DNA of 63,787 bases, filler included, from Octopus bimaculoides (lineage: Eukaryota), in the NCBI RefSeq assembly GCF_001194135.2. It is 4 parts of 2 records of this genome, joined end to end, with 100 filler letters (N's around TTAATTAATTAA, not from the genome) between each part and the next. Parts side by side here need not be neighbours in the genome. Positions count along the whole stretch, not along the records: positions 1 to 12,669 come from NC_068985.1; positions 12,770 to 24,123 come from NC_068985.1; 2 more parts are not named here. One strand, given 5' to 3'. A program made the position numbers and the translations under genes. The notes below the pieces were generated by a model. That model was given only the letters and a program-made list of their open reading frames with translations, made no database searches and was not told the DNA's origin. Below, piece after piece: positions 1-12,802 of the stretch (the stretch's first letter is position 1; every line of letters begins with the position of its first letter).

Positions 1-84
<84 letters not shown>
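1..84. repeat. (TA)n(TG)n microsatellite
   Basis: Direct reading. Confidence 0.95.
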
Positions 85-85
<1 letters not shown>

Positions 86-504
86 TCACAAATGAAATAG
101 CCAAATACGATATCTTTAAGATTGCTAGTTCGTCATATACGTGCATGCGTGTGTTTAGTGTGTAGTTGTGCGTATGCCAAGCAGGGTAATGAGATGTGAT
201 ACGAGTGTAACAGTATATTTAGAGTACAGTGCATACGGCTCCGGTGTGTATAAAATTCGTTCAAGAAACTGCAGCTTTTGATAAACACATGCTGTTCTCT
301 TAATGACTGTGTAGATTAAATACACATGAGAAGGTTCTCAGTGTGTACGTGTGTCTACTTGTATATGGGTGTCTACAGATGTGCGTGCGTATGTTTATGC
401 GCGTGTGTTTAGATGTACAAGTATGTGGGCGTGTGTATTTTTAACTGCTTCAATACGTATGTATATTAACATGTGAATATATACAAACACTTTTATTTGT
501 TTGC

Positions 505-635
<131 letters not shown>

Positions 636-747
636 CTTTCTTCCATTTCTGCTTTGTTTATTGGTTTTGTCTTTTTTTCCTTTCAAATATTTTCTTCGTC
701 TCTTTCCCTCTTTCTTCCTTCTTTGTTTTCGATATTGGTTTCAAATT

Positions 748-923
748 TTGGCACAAAGGCAGAAATTTTTAGGGGAGGGAAAAGTCGATTATATCGAGCC
801 TATGCTCAGCTGGTACTTTTTTAATCGACCTCGGTGGAATTTTAACCCAGACCGTAAAGACGGACGAAATACCGCTAAGCATTTTGTCCGGCATGTTAAG
901 GGTTCTGCCGGTTCGCCGCCTTA
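748..923 (-). mobile_element. Group M SINE
   Basis: Reverse complement of the 5735 consensus. Confidence 0.75.
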
Positions 924-1715
924 CAAAAGTAATAATACATATTGATAATTTTTTAACTCTGGTACAATGCCANNNNNNNNNNNNNNNNNNNNNNNNNNNN
1001 NNNNNNNNNNNNNNNNNNNNNNNNNNNNNNNNNNNNNNNNNNNNNNNNNNNNNNNNNNNNNNNNNNNNNNNNNNNNNNNNNNNNNNNNNNNNNNNNNNNN
1101 NNNNNNNNNNNNNNNNNNNNNNNNNNNNNNNNNNNNNNNNNNNNNNNNNNNNNNNNNNNNNNNNNNNNNNNNNNNNNNNNNNNNNNNNNNNNNNNNNNNN
1201 NNNNNNNNNNNNNNNNNNNNNNNNNNNNNNNNNNNNNNNNNNNNNNNNNNNNNNNNNNNNNNNNNNNNNNNNNNNNNNNNNNNNNNNNNNNNNNNNNNNN
1301 NNNNNNNNNNNNNNNNNNNNNNNNNNNNNNNNNNNNNNNNNNNNNNNNNNNNNNNNNNNNNNNNNNNNNNNNNNNNNNNNNNNNNNNNNNNNNNNNNNNN
1401 NNNNNNNNNNNNNNNNNNNNNNNNNNNNNNNNNNNNNNNNNNNNNNNNNNNNNNNNNNNNNNNNNNNNNNNNNNNNNNNNNNNNNNNNNNNNNNNNNNNN
1501 NNNNNNNNNNNNNNNNNNNNNNNNNNNNNNNNNNNNNNNNNNNNNNNNNNNNNNNNNNNNNNNNNNNNNNNNNNNNNNNNNNNNNNNNNNNNNNNNNNNN
1601 NNNNNNNNNNNNNNNNNNNNNNNNNNNNNNNNNNNNNNNNNNNNNNNNNNNNNNNNNNNNNNNNNNNNNNNNNNNNNNNNNNNNNNNNNNNNNNNNNNNN
1701 NNNNNNNNNNNNNNN

Positions 1716-1774
<59 letters not shown>

Positions 1775-1778
1775 TGTA

Positions 1779-2100
1779 AAGGCTAGTGGTTTAGTGGTTA
1801 GGGCATTCCACTCACGAAAGTAAGGTCGTGAGTTCAATTCCCAGCGACGCGTTGTCTTCTTGGGCAAGACACTATTTTTCACGTTGCTCCAGTCCACTCA
1901 ACTGGCAAAAATGAGTAGTACCTGTATTTCTAAGGGCCAACTTTGTCACACTCTGTGTCACGCTGAATCTCCCTGAGAACTACGATAAAAGTACACGTGT
2001 CTGTGGAGTGCTCAGCCACTCGCACTTGCACTTTCATGAGTGAGCTGTTCCGTTGATCGTATCAGCTGGGACCCTCGTCGTCGTAACCGACGGAGTGCTC
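1779..2100 (+). mobile_element. SINE sharing the group R 3' half but with a different head and core
   Basis: tRNA-like head, core ttgggcaagacact...ccagtccactcaactgg, then the R-type 3' half; second copy at 33069-33300. Confidence 0.8.
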
Positions 2101-2686
2101 TTTTTATATACATATACATATATATATATATATATANNNNNNNNNNNNNNNNNNNNNNNNNNNNNNNNNNNNNNNNNNNNNNNNNNNNNNNNNNNNNNNN
2201 NNNNNNNNNNNNNNNNNNNNNNNNNNNNNNNNNNNNNNNNNNNNNNNNNNNNNNNNNNNNNNNNNNNNNNNNNNNNNNNNNNNNNNNNNNNNNNNNNNNN
2301 NNNNNNNNNNNNNNNNNNNNNNNNNNNNNNNNNNNNNNNNNNNNNNNNNNNNNNNNNNNNNNNNNNNNNNNNNNNNNNNNNNNNNNNNNNNNNNNNNNNN
2401 NNNNNNNNNNNNNNNNNNNNNNNNNNNNNNNNNNNNNNNNNNNNNNNNNNNNNNNNNNNNNNNNNNNNNNNNNNNNNNNNNNNNNNNNNNNNNNNNNNNN
2501 NNNNNNNNNNNNNNNNNNNNNNNNNNNNNNNNNNNNNNNNNNNNNNNNNNNNNNNNNNNNNNNNNNNNNNNNNNNNNNNNNNNNNNNNNNNNNNNNNNNN
2601 NNNNNNNNNNNNNNNNNNNNNNNNNNNNNNNNNNNNNNNNNNNNNNNNNNNNNNNNNNNNNNNNNNNNNNNNNNNNNNNNNNNNNN

Positions 2687-2770
<84 letters not shown>

Positions 2771-2929
2771 CATTTAAAACCCAATGTCATTTCTATTTTA
2801 CACTTTCTCTTATTTGTATGATTTGTTCCATACTCAAATAAACGCCGTCGTTTATGACAGGTACTATGATAGTGTTTCTGCATCTGCATATATTTATATA
2901 CATATATGTATACACACAGTTTTCATTTT

Positions 2930-3110
2930 CTAATACATACATACATACATACATACATACATACATACATACATACATACATACATACATGCATACATAC
3001 GTACATATATACATACGTACATACATACGTACATACATGCATACATACATACATACATACGTACGTACGTACGTACGTACATACATACATACATACATAC
3101 ATACATACAT
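2930..3110. repeat. (TACA)n microsatellite, continuing at about 3841-3940
   Basis: Direct reading. Confidence 0.95.
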
Positions 3111-3838
3111 TGCTGGTTTTGTACCAAAATTGCTGGCTTTTACCAAAATTTGAAATCAATATACTTTAGACGTTTTAAGAAAACATAAGGCATGCGATTA
3201 GCAGCTGTCCTAAAATGTCGTCACGGTACTACGTCCCTATCCGGCATGATGTTGTTGCTAAAACAATTTACAACGCCATCCGCACAAAAGGACTGGCCTG
3301 AAATAAACTTAGAAAATCCCTCTGTTATGGAATATACCGACTCAAGGAATACTGGTGGAATATTCCCATCAAAACTTCTGTCAAATGTAAACATAACAAG
3401 CCGGATATTGTGGTTTGGGACACAGGAGCAAAGGTATGTACCATCATAGAGGTCAACTGCCCTGCAGATATAAATACCTCTTTGAAAAGCAAAGAAAAAG
3501 AGGATATCTATGGACAACTGCTCCGAAACCTTCAGCTTCTATATCCAGACTATGAATTCATATTAATACCAATAATAATTAGAGCACTAGGTTTTGTTAG
3601 TAAATGCTTAAAGGAGAATCTGGATAAACTGGGATTTTCAGAAAGAAATCAACCGGTTAATTCGTACATTACAAGTGCAATCTGTGAATGGAACAGTAAA
3701 AATATGCAAGACTTTTCTCAAGTTTCAAATGTAAAATTTTCCTGTGTTAATTACATCCCAAAGATGGAACTTTGTATCTTTGTTGGAAACCAGCTCCCTC
3801 CTCAGTGGAAGATTTACAATAATTGAAAAATAGAAGAG
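3111..3838 (+). mobile_element. 5'-truncated RLE-type non-LTR retrotransposon, embedded in (TACA)n
   Basis: HAISSCP...RHDVVAKTIY (end of CCHC knuckle plus RHD motif) and HNKPDIVVWD...IIEVNCP...KEKEDIYG (PD..E restriction-like endonuclease); frameshifted. Confidence 0.85.
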
Positions 3839-4490
3839 ACATACATTCATACATACATACATATATACACACATACATATATACATACATACATACACAC
3901 ATACATACAAACATACACAGATACATACATACATATATATATATATGTTTGTATGTATATATAGTGATTAAGAAAATGTAATAGGAAAATAATGTTATCT
4001 ATGCATCTGTATATTCACCAAAACGCATGTACCATATTATCTACACTAGTAGCATAGTTCCCATCGCACATTTATTTGGTAATATTCCTTAAATTTCATC
4101 TTGCTCCCTCACCGCAAACCTACAGGTAATTCAATAAAGTATTTTTCCAGCAAACACATCTGGCAAGTCTTCGCAAAAAACCACTCACCGTGAACCTTTA
4201 TATTGAATTCACTATAACATTAATCCTCGCGATTAAGTATGGGGCTTCTTCACCCTTTTTCAAAAAGGATACGGGGAGTACTGAACATTATAAAAACCGC
4301 CATCACTCCTCACCATACTCCACAACACAGCAACTCACGCACACACACACACACACACATTCTCAGGCGCACGCACACAAATACCATAACTTGACTCATC
4401 TCACCTCATATTTCTTTCTGAAGAGATATAAATTTTTCTTATATTTCACCTGTCTTAATTTTATTTTTTATCATACCTATCAATCTATCA

Positions 4491-4569
<79 letters not shown>

Positions 4570-4847
4570 CATCTGTCTATCTCGCCATCTGCCAACCTCT
4601 TTGCTATTTTCTCTTCTCCTCTCTGTCATTCTGTGTNNNNNNNNNNNNNNNNNNNNNNNNNNNNNNNNNNNNNNNNNNNNNNNNNNNNNNNNNNNNNNNN
4701 NNNNNNNNNNNNNNNNNNNNNATATATATATATATATATATACATACGCATGCGTATTTATATGTGTATGTCTGTATGAGTGTGTGCATGTATCTGTGTA
4801 CGCATGCATACATACATACATATACATGTGTATGTATACGTATGTAT

Positions 4848-4884
<37 letters not shown>

Positions 4885-5339
4885 CGTCTATGCATGTGTA
4901 TATATGACCGTAAGTACATGTGTGTATACACACACAAAAACACACACACGAAGAAATTGAGAGAGAGAGAGAGAGGGTGAGATAGAGAGTGAGAAACAGA
5001 GAGAGGGGGTAGATTTTACGCTGCTAGACTTCCTTCTGCTTCACTTCATCTAACTGTCCCCCACCCACCCCTGATATTCTATACCCCATACAATTTGCCA
5101 TACCAAACTGTTGGATGGCACATGGTATATACATAGATATTTTACTATAAAATACTACCACACACCACACCGTACAATGTACTATATTATACGATACTAC
5201 CGTGTTACTGCTATTACTGTGTAGATCCTAACTTTAACCCTAAATGTATAGACCTATGACGAGGGGCTTTCTGGCCTTGACCTTCCCGCCTTTCTAAAGA
5301 GATATTTATGTGCCCAATATTATAGTCTTTTCGTTATTT

Positions 5340-5556
5340 AAGTCGATGAGCTGACAGAATCGTTAGCACGCTGGCAAAATGTTGAGTGGCATTGCGTCCG
5401 CCTTCACGTTCTGAGTTCAAACTCTTCCGAGGTCGACTTTGTCTCTCATCCTTTCGGGATCGATAAATGCAAGTACCAGTTGAACACCGGGGGGCGATGT
5501 AATCGATTTAGTACCTTCCCCTAAACCTGCTAGACTTGCTCCAAAATTTGAAACCA
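5340..5556 (+). mobile_element. Group M SINE
   Basis: Collinear with 5735-5950. Confidence 0.85.
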
Positions 5557-5734
5557 ATATATAGTCTTTTCCTTATTCAAGATGCTAAGATATGATGTGG
5601 GGGGAGATTTGAATGCTATTTCCAGCGGTTCTAAGGGCTATGCAGAGGCCCCATCGTTGGTTCTAGGAAAATGTATCGGAGAGTGGTGCATTGTGGTACA
5701 TGGTATGGTATTTATATTGTGTATGTATGGCATA

Positions 5735-5950
5735 GGGCGGCGAGCTGGCAGAATCGTTAGCACGCCGGAAGAAATGCTCAGCGGCATTTCGTCTGCCTCT
5801 ACGTTTTGAGTTCAAATTCCGCCGAGGTCGACTTTGCCTTTCATCCTTTCGGGGTCTATAAATCAAGTACCGGTAAAACACTGGGGTCGATGTAATCGAT
5901 TAGTCCCCTCCTCACAAATTTCAGGTCGTGTGCCTATAGTAGAAAGGATT
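5735..5950 (+). mobile_element. tRNA-derived SINE, group M (my label)
   Basis: ggcggcgagctggcagaatcgttagc...gagttcaaattccgccgaggtcgactttgcctttcatcctttcgggg; 23-bp flanking duplication. Confidence 0.9.
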
Positions 5951-5971
5951 ATATTTTGTATGTATGGCATA

Positions 5972-6080
5972 GGGCGGCGAGCTGGCAGAATCGTTAGCAC
6001 GCCAAGCAACTGGGGGCGATGTAATCAACTTAACCCCTCCCACGAACTTGCTGACCTTGTGCCAAAGTTTGAAGCCATTA
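5972..6080 (+). mobile_element. Group M SINE, internally deleted
   Basis: Same head as 5735 joined directly to the 3' end. Confidence 0.8.
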
Positions 6081-6373
6081 TATTGTATGGTGTGGATGGT
6101 GTACTTGTATGTACGCTGTGTTAAGGTGTGTTATTTGATGGTATGGTGGGAAATGTGGCCGAACGATGTCGAACAGCACACCATAGCACTTCATACCATG
6201 CAGTAACATACATCGTACCATTTCATATTTCATCATGCATTACCACATCATATCACACCATTCTATGCTGCATCACACTACGTGGTAAAAAGTTAGACAC
6301 AGGCACGGCTGTGTGTCTTTTGGGTAAGTCTTTCGGCTGTAACTCCAGGCCGACCAAAGTTATTGTGAGTGAA

Positions 6374-7572
6374 TGACAGAAGTAAAGAGACCCGCTTATG
6401 ATCGTTACAATTTATTTGAATCTGAAATTATACATTCAGATTATTTATTATTATAATGTGAATACTTAATATTTAGTAGACATGCCCTTTGCATTTTTAA
6501 ATGCAAGGACCCTATTAGGCATGATACTGATTAAATGACAAATATTCTCTTGAGAAATTTATTGCCAAGTTTCATACAGTAATCTCAAAAGATCTGGATT
6601 TGAGGATGTTTTCTTGTTCTTTTTACGAAGTGTCCTGTCCATTATGCCCCAGAGGTGTTCAATGGGGTTCATATCTGGTGACTGACTTGGCCATGTAAGT
6701 TTTTTAATGTCATTCTCTTCCAACCAATCTTGGGTCTTTTTAGCTGTGTGACAAGGAGCCCCATCTTGCATAAATAGTCTTCTTTAATCATTTTACCACT
6801 GGAGGAGATTAGAAGGAGTCCTTTCTGTAATATGGACACATTTACCTGAGTTTATGTTTCCCTCACACTCCACCAGCTCTGAGCGACCATTGCTCCAAAT
6901 TGCTTCCCATCACATAATAGCCGCCGTGTTTTATTGTTGGCTGCCATCTTTTCAATCCAAATTCTTGATCATAGAGTCTCCAGACTCACACTCGACCACT
7001 GTCAGGAAATATATCAAACCTGGACACATCAGAGAATATGCTAGTGGCTTCTCCACCATCTCACTGGCTCAGTCTTTTCTCTGCTTGATATTGGCTGATC
7101 GAAGAAGTGGCTTCTTTCTCCTTGCTCTGTCATAGCAGTCAAGTTTGTGGAGATACCTGACAGCTGCTCTGGGACAGACATCAATTTGTTCTGCTGTCAG
7201 AGGCCTTGCAACGAGGATTATACTCCACACCTCTCTTAACAAAGCAAAGAGTACCGCCAGAGGGTTCTGATCACCTGGACGAGGTGATGTGGACTCCTTC
7301 CCCACTCTGGTGAATTGCACAATCGTTCTATTAACTATAGAAAGCGGGATCCCAAGGTTTTCTGCGATTTTATGCTGATCAAGTCCACCTTCAGATTGAC
7401 CCACAATGCGGCTTCTTTGAAATTCGGACAGTTCCGAGGCTTTTTTTGTACGTAGCATGATTAAACAGTCATATAGAATCTGAAACATAAAAATGCCAAT
7501 TAATAAAAAAAATATAAACTTGTTAAAATAACCATTAAACAATGTTTTATGGCTGTCTATTTACTTCTGTCA
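6374..7572 (-). mobile_element. Tc1-like DNA transposon, decayed, interrupting a group K SINE
   Basis: [23 protein letters not shown] start; QDGAPCHTAK...WPSQSPDMNPIEHLW; terminal inverted TGACAGAAGTAAA.AGAC. Confidence 0.9.
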
Positions 7573-8340
7573 TATCTGTGTATATGTATTTCTGTCTGTC
7601 GCCCTCCTTACCACTTGAAAGCCGGTGTCGGTTTGTTTACGACCCCATAACTTATGGTTCGGCAAACAGATCGATAGATTAAGCACTAGATAAAAAAAAA
7701 AGAAAAAGGAGTATCGGACTCCAGTTCTTCGACTAAAAAACTTCAAGGCGGTGCCTCAGTATGGCCGCAGTCCAATGAGTGATACAAGTAAACGATAAAA
7801 AAATGCATACTCTACTTCACACGTCACACTGTCATAGCGCAGCATATGATACTTAACCGTGCCCCACCATATTACAGCATAACACACCACTTCACACCAT
7901 ATCACACAATTCCGTAAAATATCACACTATACTACAGCATACCATACCGTACCATACATGACATCATACTATACTATATACCATGCCACATCATCCAATA
8001 ACAAGTCATATCACTAAAACACCAGACCCTATTCTGTTATCACGTTTCAGCATTCCCTCCTCACGTCTCCACCTCTGACATGGGGAGCAGCAAAATCATT
8101 AACAGTAATACAAAGGAAAAAAGCAGCAGCAGCAGCAGCAGCAGTAGCAGCAGCAGCAGCATAAAGACTAATAACATCATAAACGATCCAATAATAATCA
8201 ATATTTGATTAGAACATTGTAATTACTTGCCTTCTTTATTGACCAATTAAGCTTCCTCAGCCCATGCCATATATGGCCATGGATCCACTGAATCTCTCTA
8301 TTTATCTATCAATCTATCTCTCTATCTATCCATCTATTTA

Positions 8341-8382
<42 letters not shown>

Positions 8383-8546
8383 CTTTCGTCTGTCTCTGTC
8401 TGTCTGGATGTTTGTTTGGCTGACTATCTATCTGTGTACGTATCTTTGTATGTACGTATATATGACTATGTGATACGTAAGTGTGTGTGTAGGTAGATAT
8501 GCATATACGAATGTGTATATATATAAATTTATGTAGAGTGACATAC

Positions 8547-8582
<36 letters not shown>

Positions 8583-8869
8583 GCATGATACATTTATGCA
8601 TATTATACATATAGATATATAGGTACGTACATACGTACACACACACACACATAATTAATTCGTTAATTTAAGTGACTCGTGGTTAAATGGTACTAAGCAA
8701 CAATAACAACATTGACAGCAACATCTCACGTTGAAACCATACTAGAACTGAACTAAAAATCCGACAAATCCTTACATGCACCTAAAGATTGCATGGTTGT
8801 CCTACTGGAAGTGAAATTATATAATATGGCATAAAATACATTCGATCACGCATCATAGGCGTAGACATG

Positions 8870-9412
8870 GCTATGTGGTAAGACGTTTCCTTGTCAACCA
8901 CATAATTCCGTGTTCAATCACACTACGTGACACCTTGACCAAGTATCTTGAAGTTTTTTAGTCGAAGAACTGAAGTCCGGTACTCCTTTTTCTTCTTTTT
9001 TTTTAATCTAGTGCTTAATCTATAGATCTGTTTGCCGAACCATAAGTTATGGGTCGTAAACAAACCGACACCGGCTTTCAAGTGGTAAGGAGGGCGACAG
9101 ACAGAAATACATATACACAGACATGTCGAAAGGGTCTGGTGTTTTAGTGATATGACTTGTTATTGGATGATGTGGCATGGTATATAGTATAGTATGATAT
9201 CATGTATGGTACGGTGTGGTATGCTGTAGTATAGTGTGATATTTTATGGAATTGTGTGATATGGTGTGAAGTGGTGTGTTATGCTATAATGCGGTGGAGT
9301 ACGGTTAAGTATCATATGCTGCGCTATGACAGTGTGACGTGTGAAGTAGACCAAAGTCTAGTGAGTCGATTTGGCAGACGGAAACTTACAGAAGCCCGTC
9401 ATATATATACAT

Positions 9413-9420
<8 letters not shown>
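8870..9420 (+). mobile_element. Group K SINE 5' half interrupted by a 404-bp templated insertion
   Basis: Head to ...ccaagtatctt, resumes at gaccaaag...gtgagtcgatttggcagacggaaac. Confidence 0.8.
8947..9350 (-). repeat. Inverted copies of 7564-7747 and 7811-8029
   Basis: Direct reverse-complement reading; a few substitutions per 100 bp. Confidence 0.9.
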
Positions 9421-9475
<55 letters not shown>

Positions 9476-10299
9476 NNNNNNNNNNNNNNNNNNNNNNNNN
9501 NNNNNNNNNNNNNNNNNNNNNNNNNNNNNNNNNNNNNNNNNNNNNNNNNNNNNNNNNNNNNNNNNNNNNNNNNNNNNNNNNNNNNNNNNNNNNNNNNNNN
9601 NNNNNNNNNNNNNNNNNNNNNNNNNNNNNNNNNNNNNNNNNNNNNNNNNNNNNNNNNNNNNNNNNNNNNNNNNNNNNNNNNNNNNNNNNNNNNNNNNNNN
9701 NNNNNNNNNNNNNNNNNNNNNNNNNNNNNNNNNNNNNNNNNNNNNNNNNNNNNNNNNNNNNNNNNNNNNNNNNNNNNNNNNNNNNNNNNNNNNNNNNNNN
9801 NNNNNNNNNNNNNNNNNNNNNNNNNNNNNNNNNNNNNNNNNNNNNNNNNNNNNNNNNNNNNNNNNNNNNNNNNNNNNNNNNNNNNNNNNNNNNNNNNNNN
9901 NNNNNNNNNNNNNNNNNNNNNNNNNNNNNNNNNNNNNNNNNNNNNNNNNNNNNNNNNNNNNNNNNNNNNNNNNNNNNNNNNNNNNNNNNNNNNNNNNNNN
10001 NNNNNNNNNNNNNNNNNNNNNNNNNNNNNNNNNNNNNNNNNNNNNNNNNNNNNNNNNNNNNNNNNNNNNNNNNNNNNNNNNNNNNNNNNNNNNNNNNNNN
10101 NNNNNNNNNNNNNNNNNNNNNNNNNNNNNNNNNNNNNNNNNNNNNNNNNNNNNNNNNNNNNNNNNNNNNNNNNNNNNNNNNNNNNNNNNNNNNNNNNNNN
10201 NNNNNNNNNNNNNNNNNNNNNNNNNNNNNNNNNNNNNNNNNNNNNNNNNNNNNNNNNNNNNNNNNNNNNNNNNNNNNNNNNNNNNNNNNNNNNNNNNNN

Positions 10300-10353
<54 letters not shown>

Positions 10354-10789
10354 ATAACTGAGGCACAATAAAATCATAAAATCTCACGACGAAATCTTGC
10401 CAGTGCAGTATCGAGTATTTCAGATATAACTCTATTCTGTTACCTAAGTAAGCTATTAACCAATCTGTCTGATTTGCAAAAAGTGTTTCCCAATGAATTT
10501 ACGAAACATTCAAAATTAGAAGAGCAATTAAAAAAGAAAGAAAAAAGAAAACATTGTGTCAAGATAAATATTTATTTAATTTTAAAGCATTTCAAAACCA
10601 AATATGCAAGCAGCCTATATTGTCAAAAATGTTCACATCTACACCAAGATAATATGATATGTTACGTGTCTCTTACAATTTTTCTATTACTGATGATGGC
10701 TTAATCCTGAAATCCACGCTTTTTAGCAAATATACAATGCAACATCAACAACAATAATCGTTTCCACTATAGGCCTACCAGGCAGTGGC

Positions 10790-11312
10790 TCTCATGGCTT
10801 CAGATCTTGACTCATTGGAAGTGTTAGCATGTACATCGTTTTGTCTTGGTAAAAAAGATGGGTTACAGCAAATATTCTGCTTAATACCACAGATTTGCTT
10901 GTCAGATGTTTGACCTTAACCAGTTAAGCATGCCCCTTAGTGGCTGATGATATGTGAATTTCTGATCATGAGCAGAAGTAGCGGGGGAGCATCATAGTCA
11001 TGTGTTGAGAAGAATTCTGTGGGGTTTGAATAATTCACCTTTGGAAACATGGGTGTCTCATCCAACATCCTTAAACAACCCATATTCAGGGACCTTTTGA
11101 GCGGGATGGGCTACTCGACCTGAAGAAAATTCTAACTGGGCCCCACCTACGAGGTCATGCGCTGTTTATCTTGATATGCGATCACCATGTCGCACACATA
11201 TAGTTGTGATGTATGTGCCTGGTGTACTCTTATCAGACGGCTAGTCATGATGGGTATACTAGGTTTCGTATATTTTACCCCAGTGTCACTTTGATGGCAT
11301 GCACTGCTCTCT
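10790..11312 (+). mobile_element. Unclassified retro-type repeat (no ORF recognised) ending in (ATG)n
   Basis: About 460 bp collinear with 22650-23109; both copies end at gcatgcactgct(c/t)tctca followed by a trinucleotide tail. Confidence 0.7.
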
Positions 11313-11447
11313 CAATGATGATGATAATGATGATGATGATGATGATGNNNNNNNNNNNNNNNNNNNNNNNNNNNNNNNNNNNNNNNNNNNNNNNNNNNNN
11401 NNNNNNNNNNNNNNNNNNNNNNNNNNNNNNNNNNNNNNNNNNNNNNN

Positions 11448-12669
11448 TTTGATAAAACTTTTCCCAGCTGGTTTGCATACTATGGCAACACCATTGTTAT
11501 GCTTTCATTTTTCTGTGTAACGTTCGTTCTTTTTCATTTCAGATTCTTCAGTATTAGGGTGAACCATTCTAATGGCGTCTCTCCTATTTCAGAATAATGA
11601 GACGTGGAAAAGGCCTTAACGATGAAGAAAAGTTTGTCGTCATTAAGCAAAGTGCAGAGAAGCTAGGTCGTCATGTGGACACGGTTAGAGGATTACTGAA
11701 GGACCATTCGCCAAGGAAAAAACGATCCGATTGTGGAACCTCCAAAACTGTGGCAGCTAGGGATTTAAGGAATATTGGCCGCAAGTTACGTAGGAAATCT
11801 GGACAAACAAGCAAAGCCATTTTCACCGTCTCCGAACATCCTCATGTACCGAAAACCACCAGAAATCGCATCCTCGAGACTATGGCTTCCGTTCGAGAAC
11901 CCTGAAACTGCCGTCACAGGAATTTGAGGTTTCAATGGGCTCAAAAGTACATGACATTAGACATGAATTGTGTTCTGTTCACAGACGAAACTAAGGCGAC
12001 TCTTGACGGACCTGACAGTTGGGCAAATGGTTGGGTCTATTTTGGAGATGAACGTCACCAACGTTTACAACGTCAACAACAGGGTGGAGGAGTCATGTTA
12101 TGGGCTGGTATCATTGGGGACAGACTTGTTGACCCGGTCAGGATGCCTGAAGGGGTTAAAGTAACTGCAGCTGCCTACTGCAATCTCCTGAAGGAGGTCT
12201 TCTATCCCTGGCTAGATGACATACCGCTGTCACTTCTAAGGAATCTCGTATCCATGCATAACACTCTCTTCCACAGCTAGAACCGCCCAAACATTACTAG
12301 GGTCTTACGGCATACAAGGTTGATGGTGTGGCTGCCAGCATCTCCGGATCTCAACCGAATCGAAAATCTTTGGTCCATCATTAAACAAGATGTTTATGCC
12401 GATGGACGCAAGTTTACGTCGAAAGATGTCTTGTGGCAACCATCAAAGCTACAGCAGAGGTAGTCCAACCTGCTACTATTAAGAAATTTACAGATTCCAT
12501 TACTAATAGGGTTTTTGAAGTTATCTGTCAAAATGGCGCACATATGGCTCAATAATTCATTATGTCAATAAGTGTTATAATATTATTATGGTTTTCTGTT
12601 AAATATATACTCAATGTATGCTTAATATGTATCATTACCCTTCGCTTTCTGAGAAATTCTAAATTTCAC
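11448..12669 (+). mobile_element. Tc1-like transposon (resembles TRT/DD37E type), ends obscured by gaps
   Basis: VLFTDETKATLDGPD, RQQQGGGVMLWAGII, SPDLNRIENLWSIIK; frameshifted; subfamily assignment is from recalled motifs only. Confidence 0.85.
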
Positions 12670-12769
12670 NNNNNNNNNNNNNNNNNNNNNNNNNNNNNNN
12701 NNNNNNNNNNNNNTTAATTAATTAANNNNNNNNNNNNNNNNNNNNNNNNNNNNNNNNNNNNNNNNNNNN
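12670..12769. other. Artificial assembly spacer (44 N + TTAATTAATTAA + 44 N)
   Basis: Exactly 100 bp; the 12-mer has stops in all six frames; identical structure three times. Confidence 0.95.
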
Positions 12770-12801
<32 letters not shown>

Positions 12802-12802
12802 T

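Noticed and set aside
884-2889. Long ORFs of 200-400 aa spanning N runs (also near 9.3, 15.1, 26.7, 29.0, 33.7 and 49.2 kb)
   Set aside because: They are open only because N codons are not stops; the real residues are microsatellite translations.
6080-6290. Degenerate (TGGTA)n then (TACCA)n arms suggesting a hairpin
   Set aside because: Low-complexity pentamer decay gives only loose complementarity.
12714-12725. TTAATTAATTAA islands inside gaps (also 24168-24179 and 35661-35672)
   Set aside because: Identical 44+12+44 = 100 bp layout with six-frame stops indicates an assembly linker, not biology.
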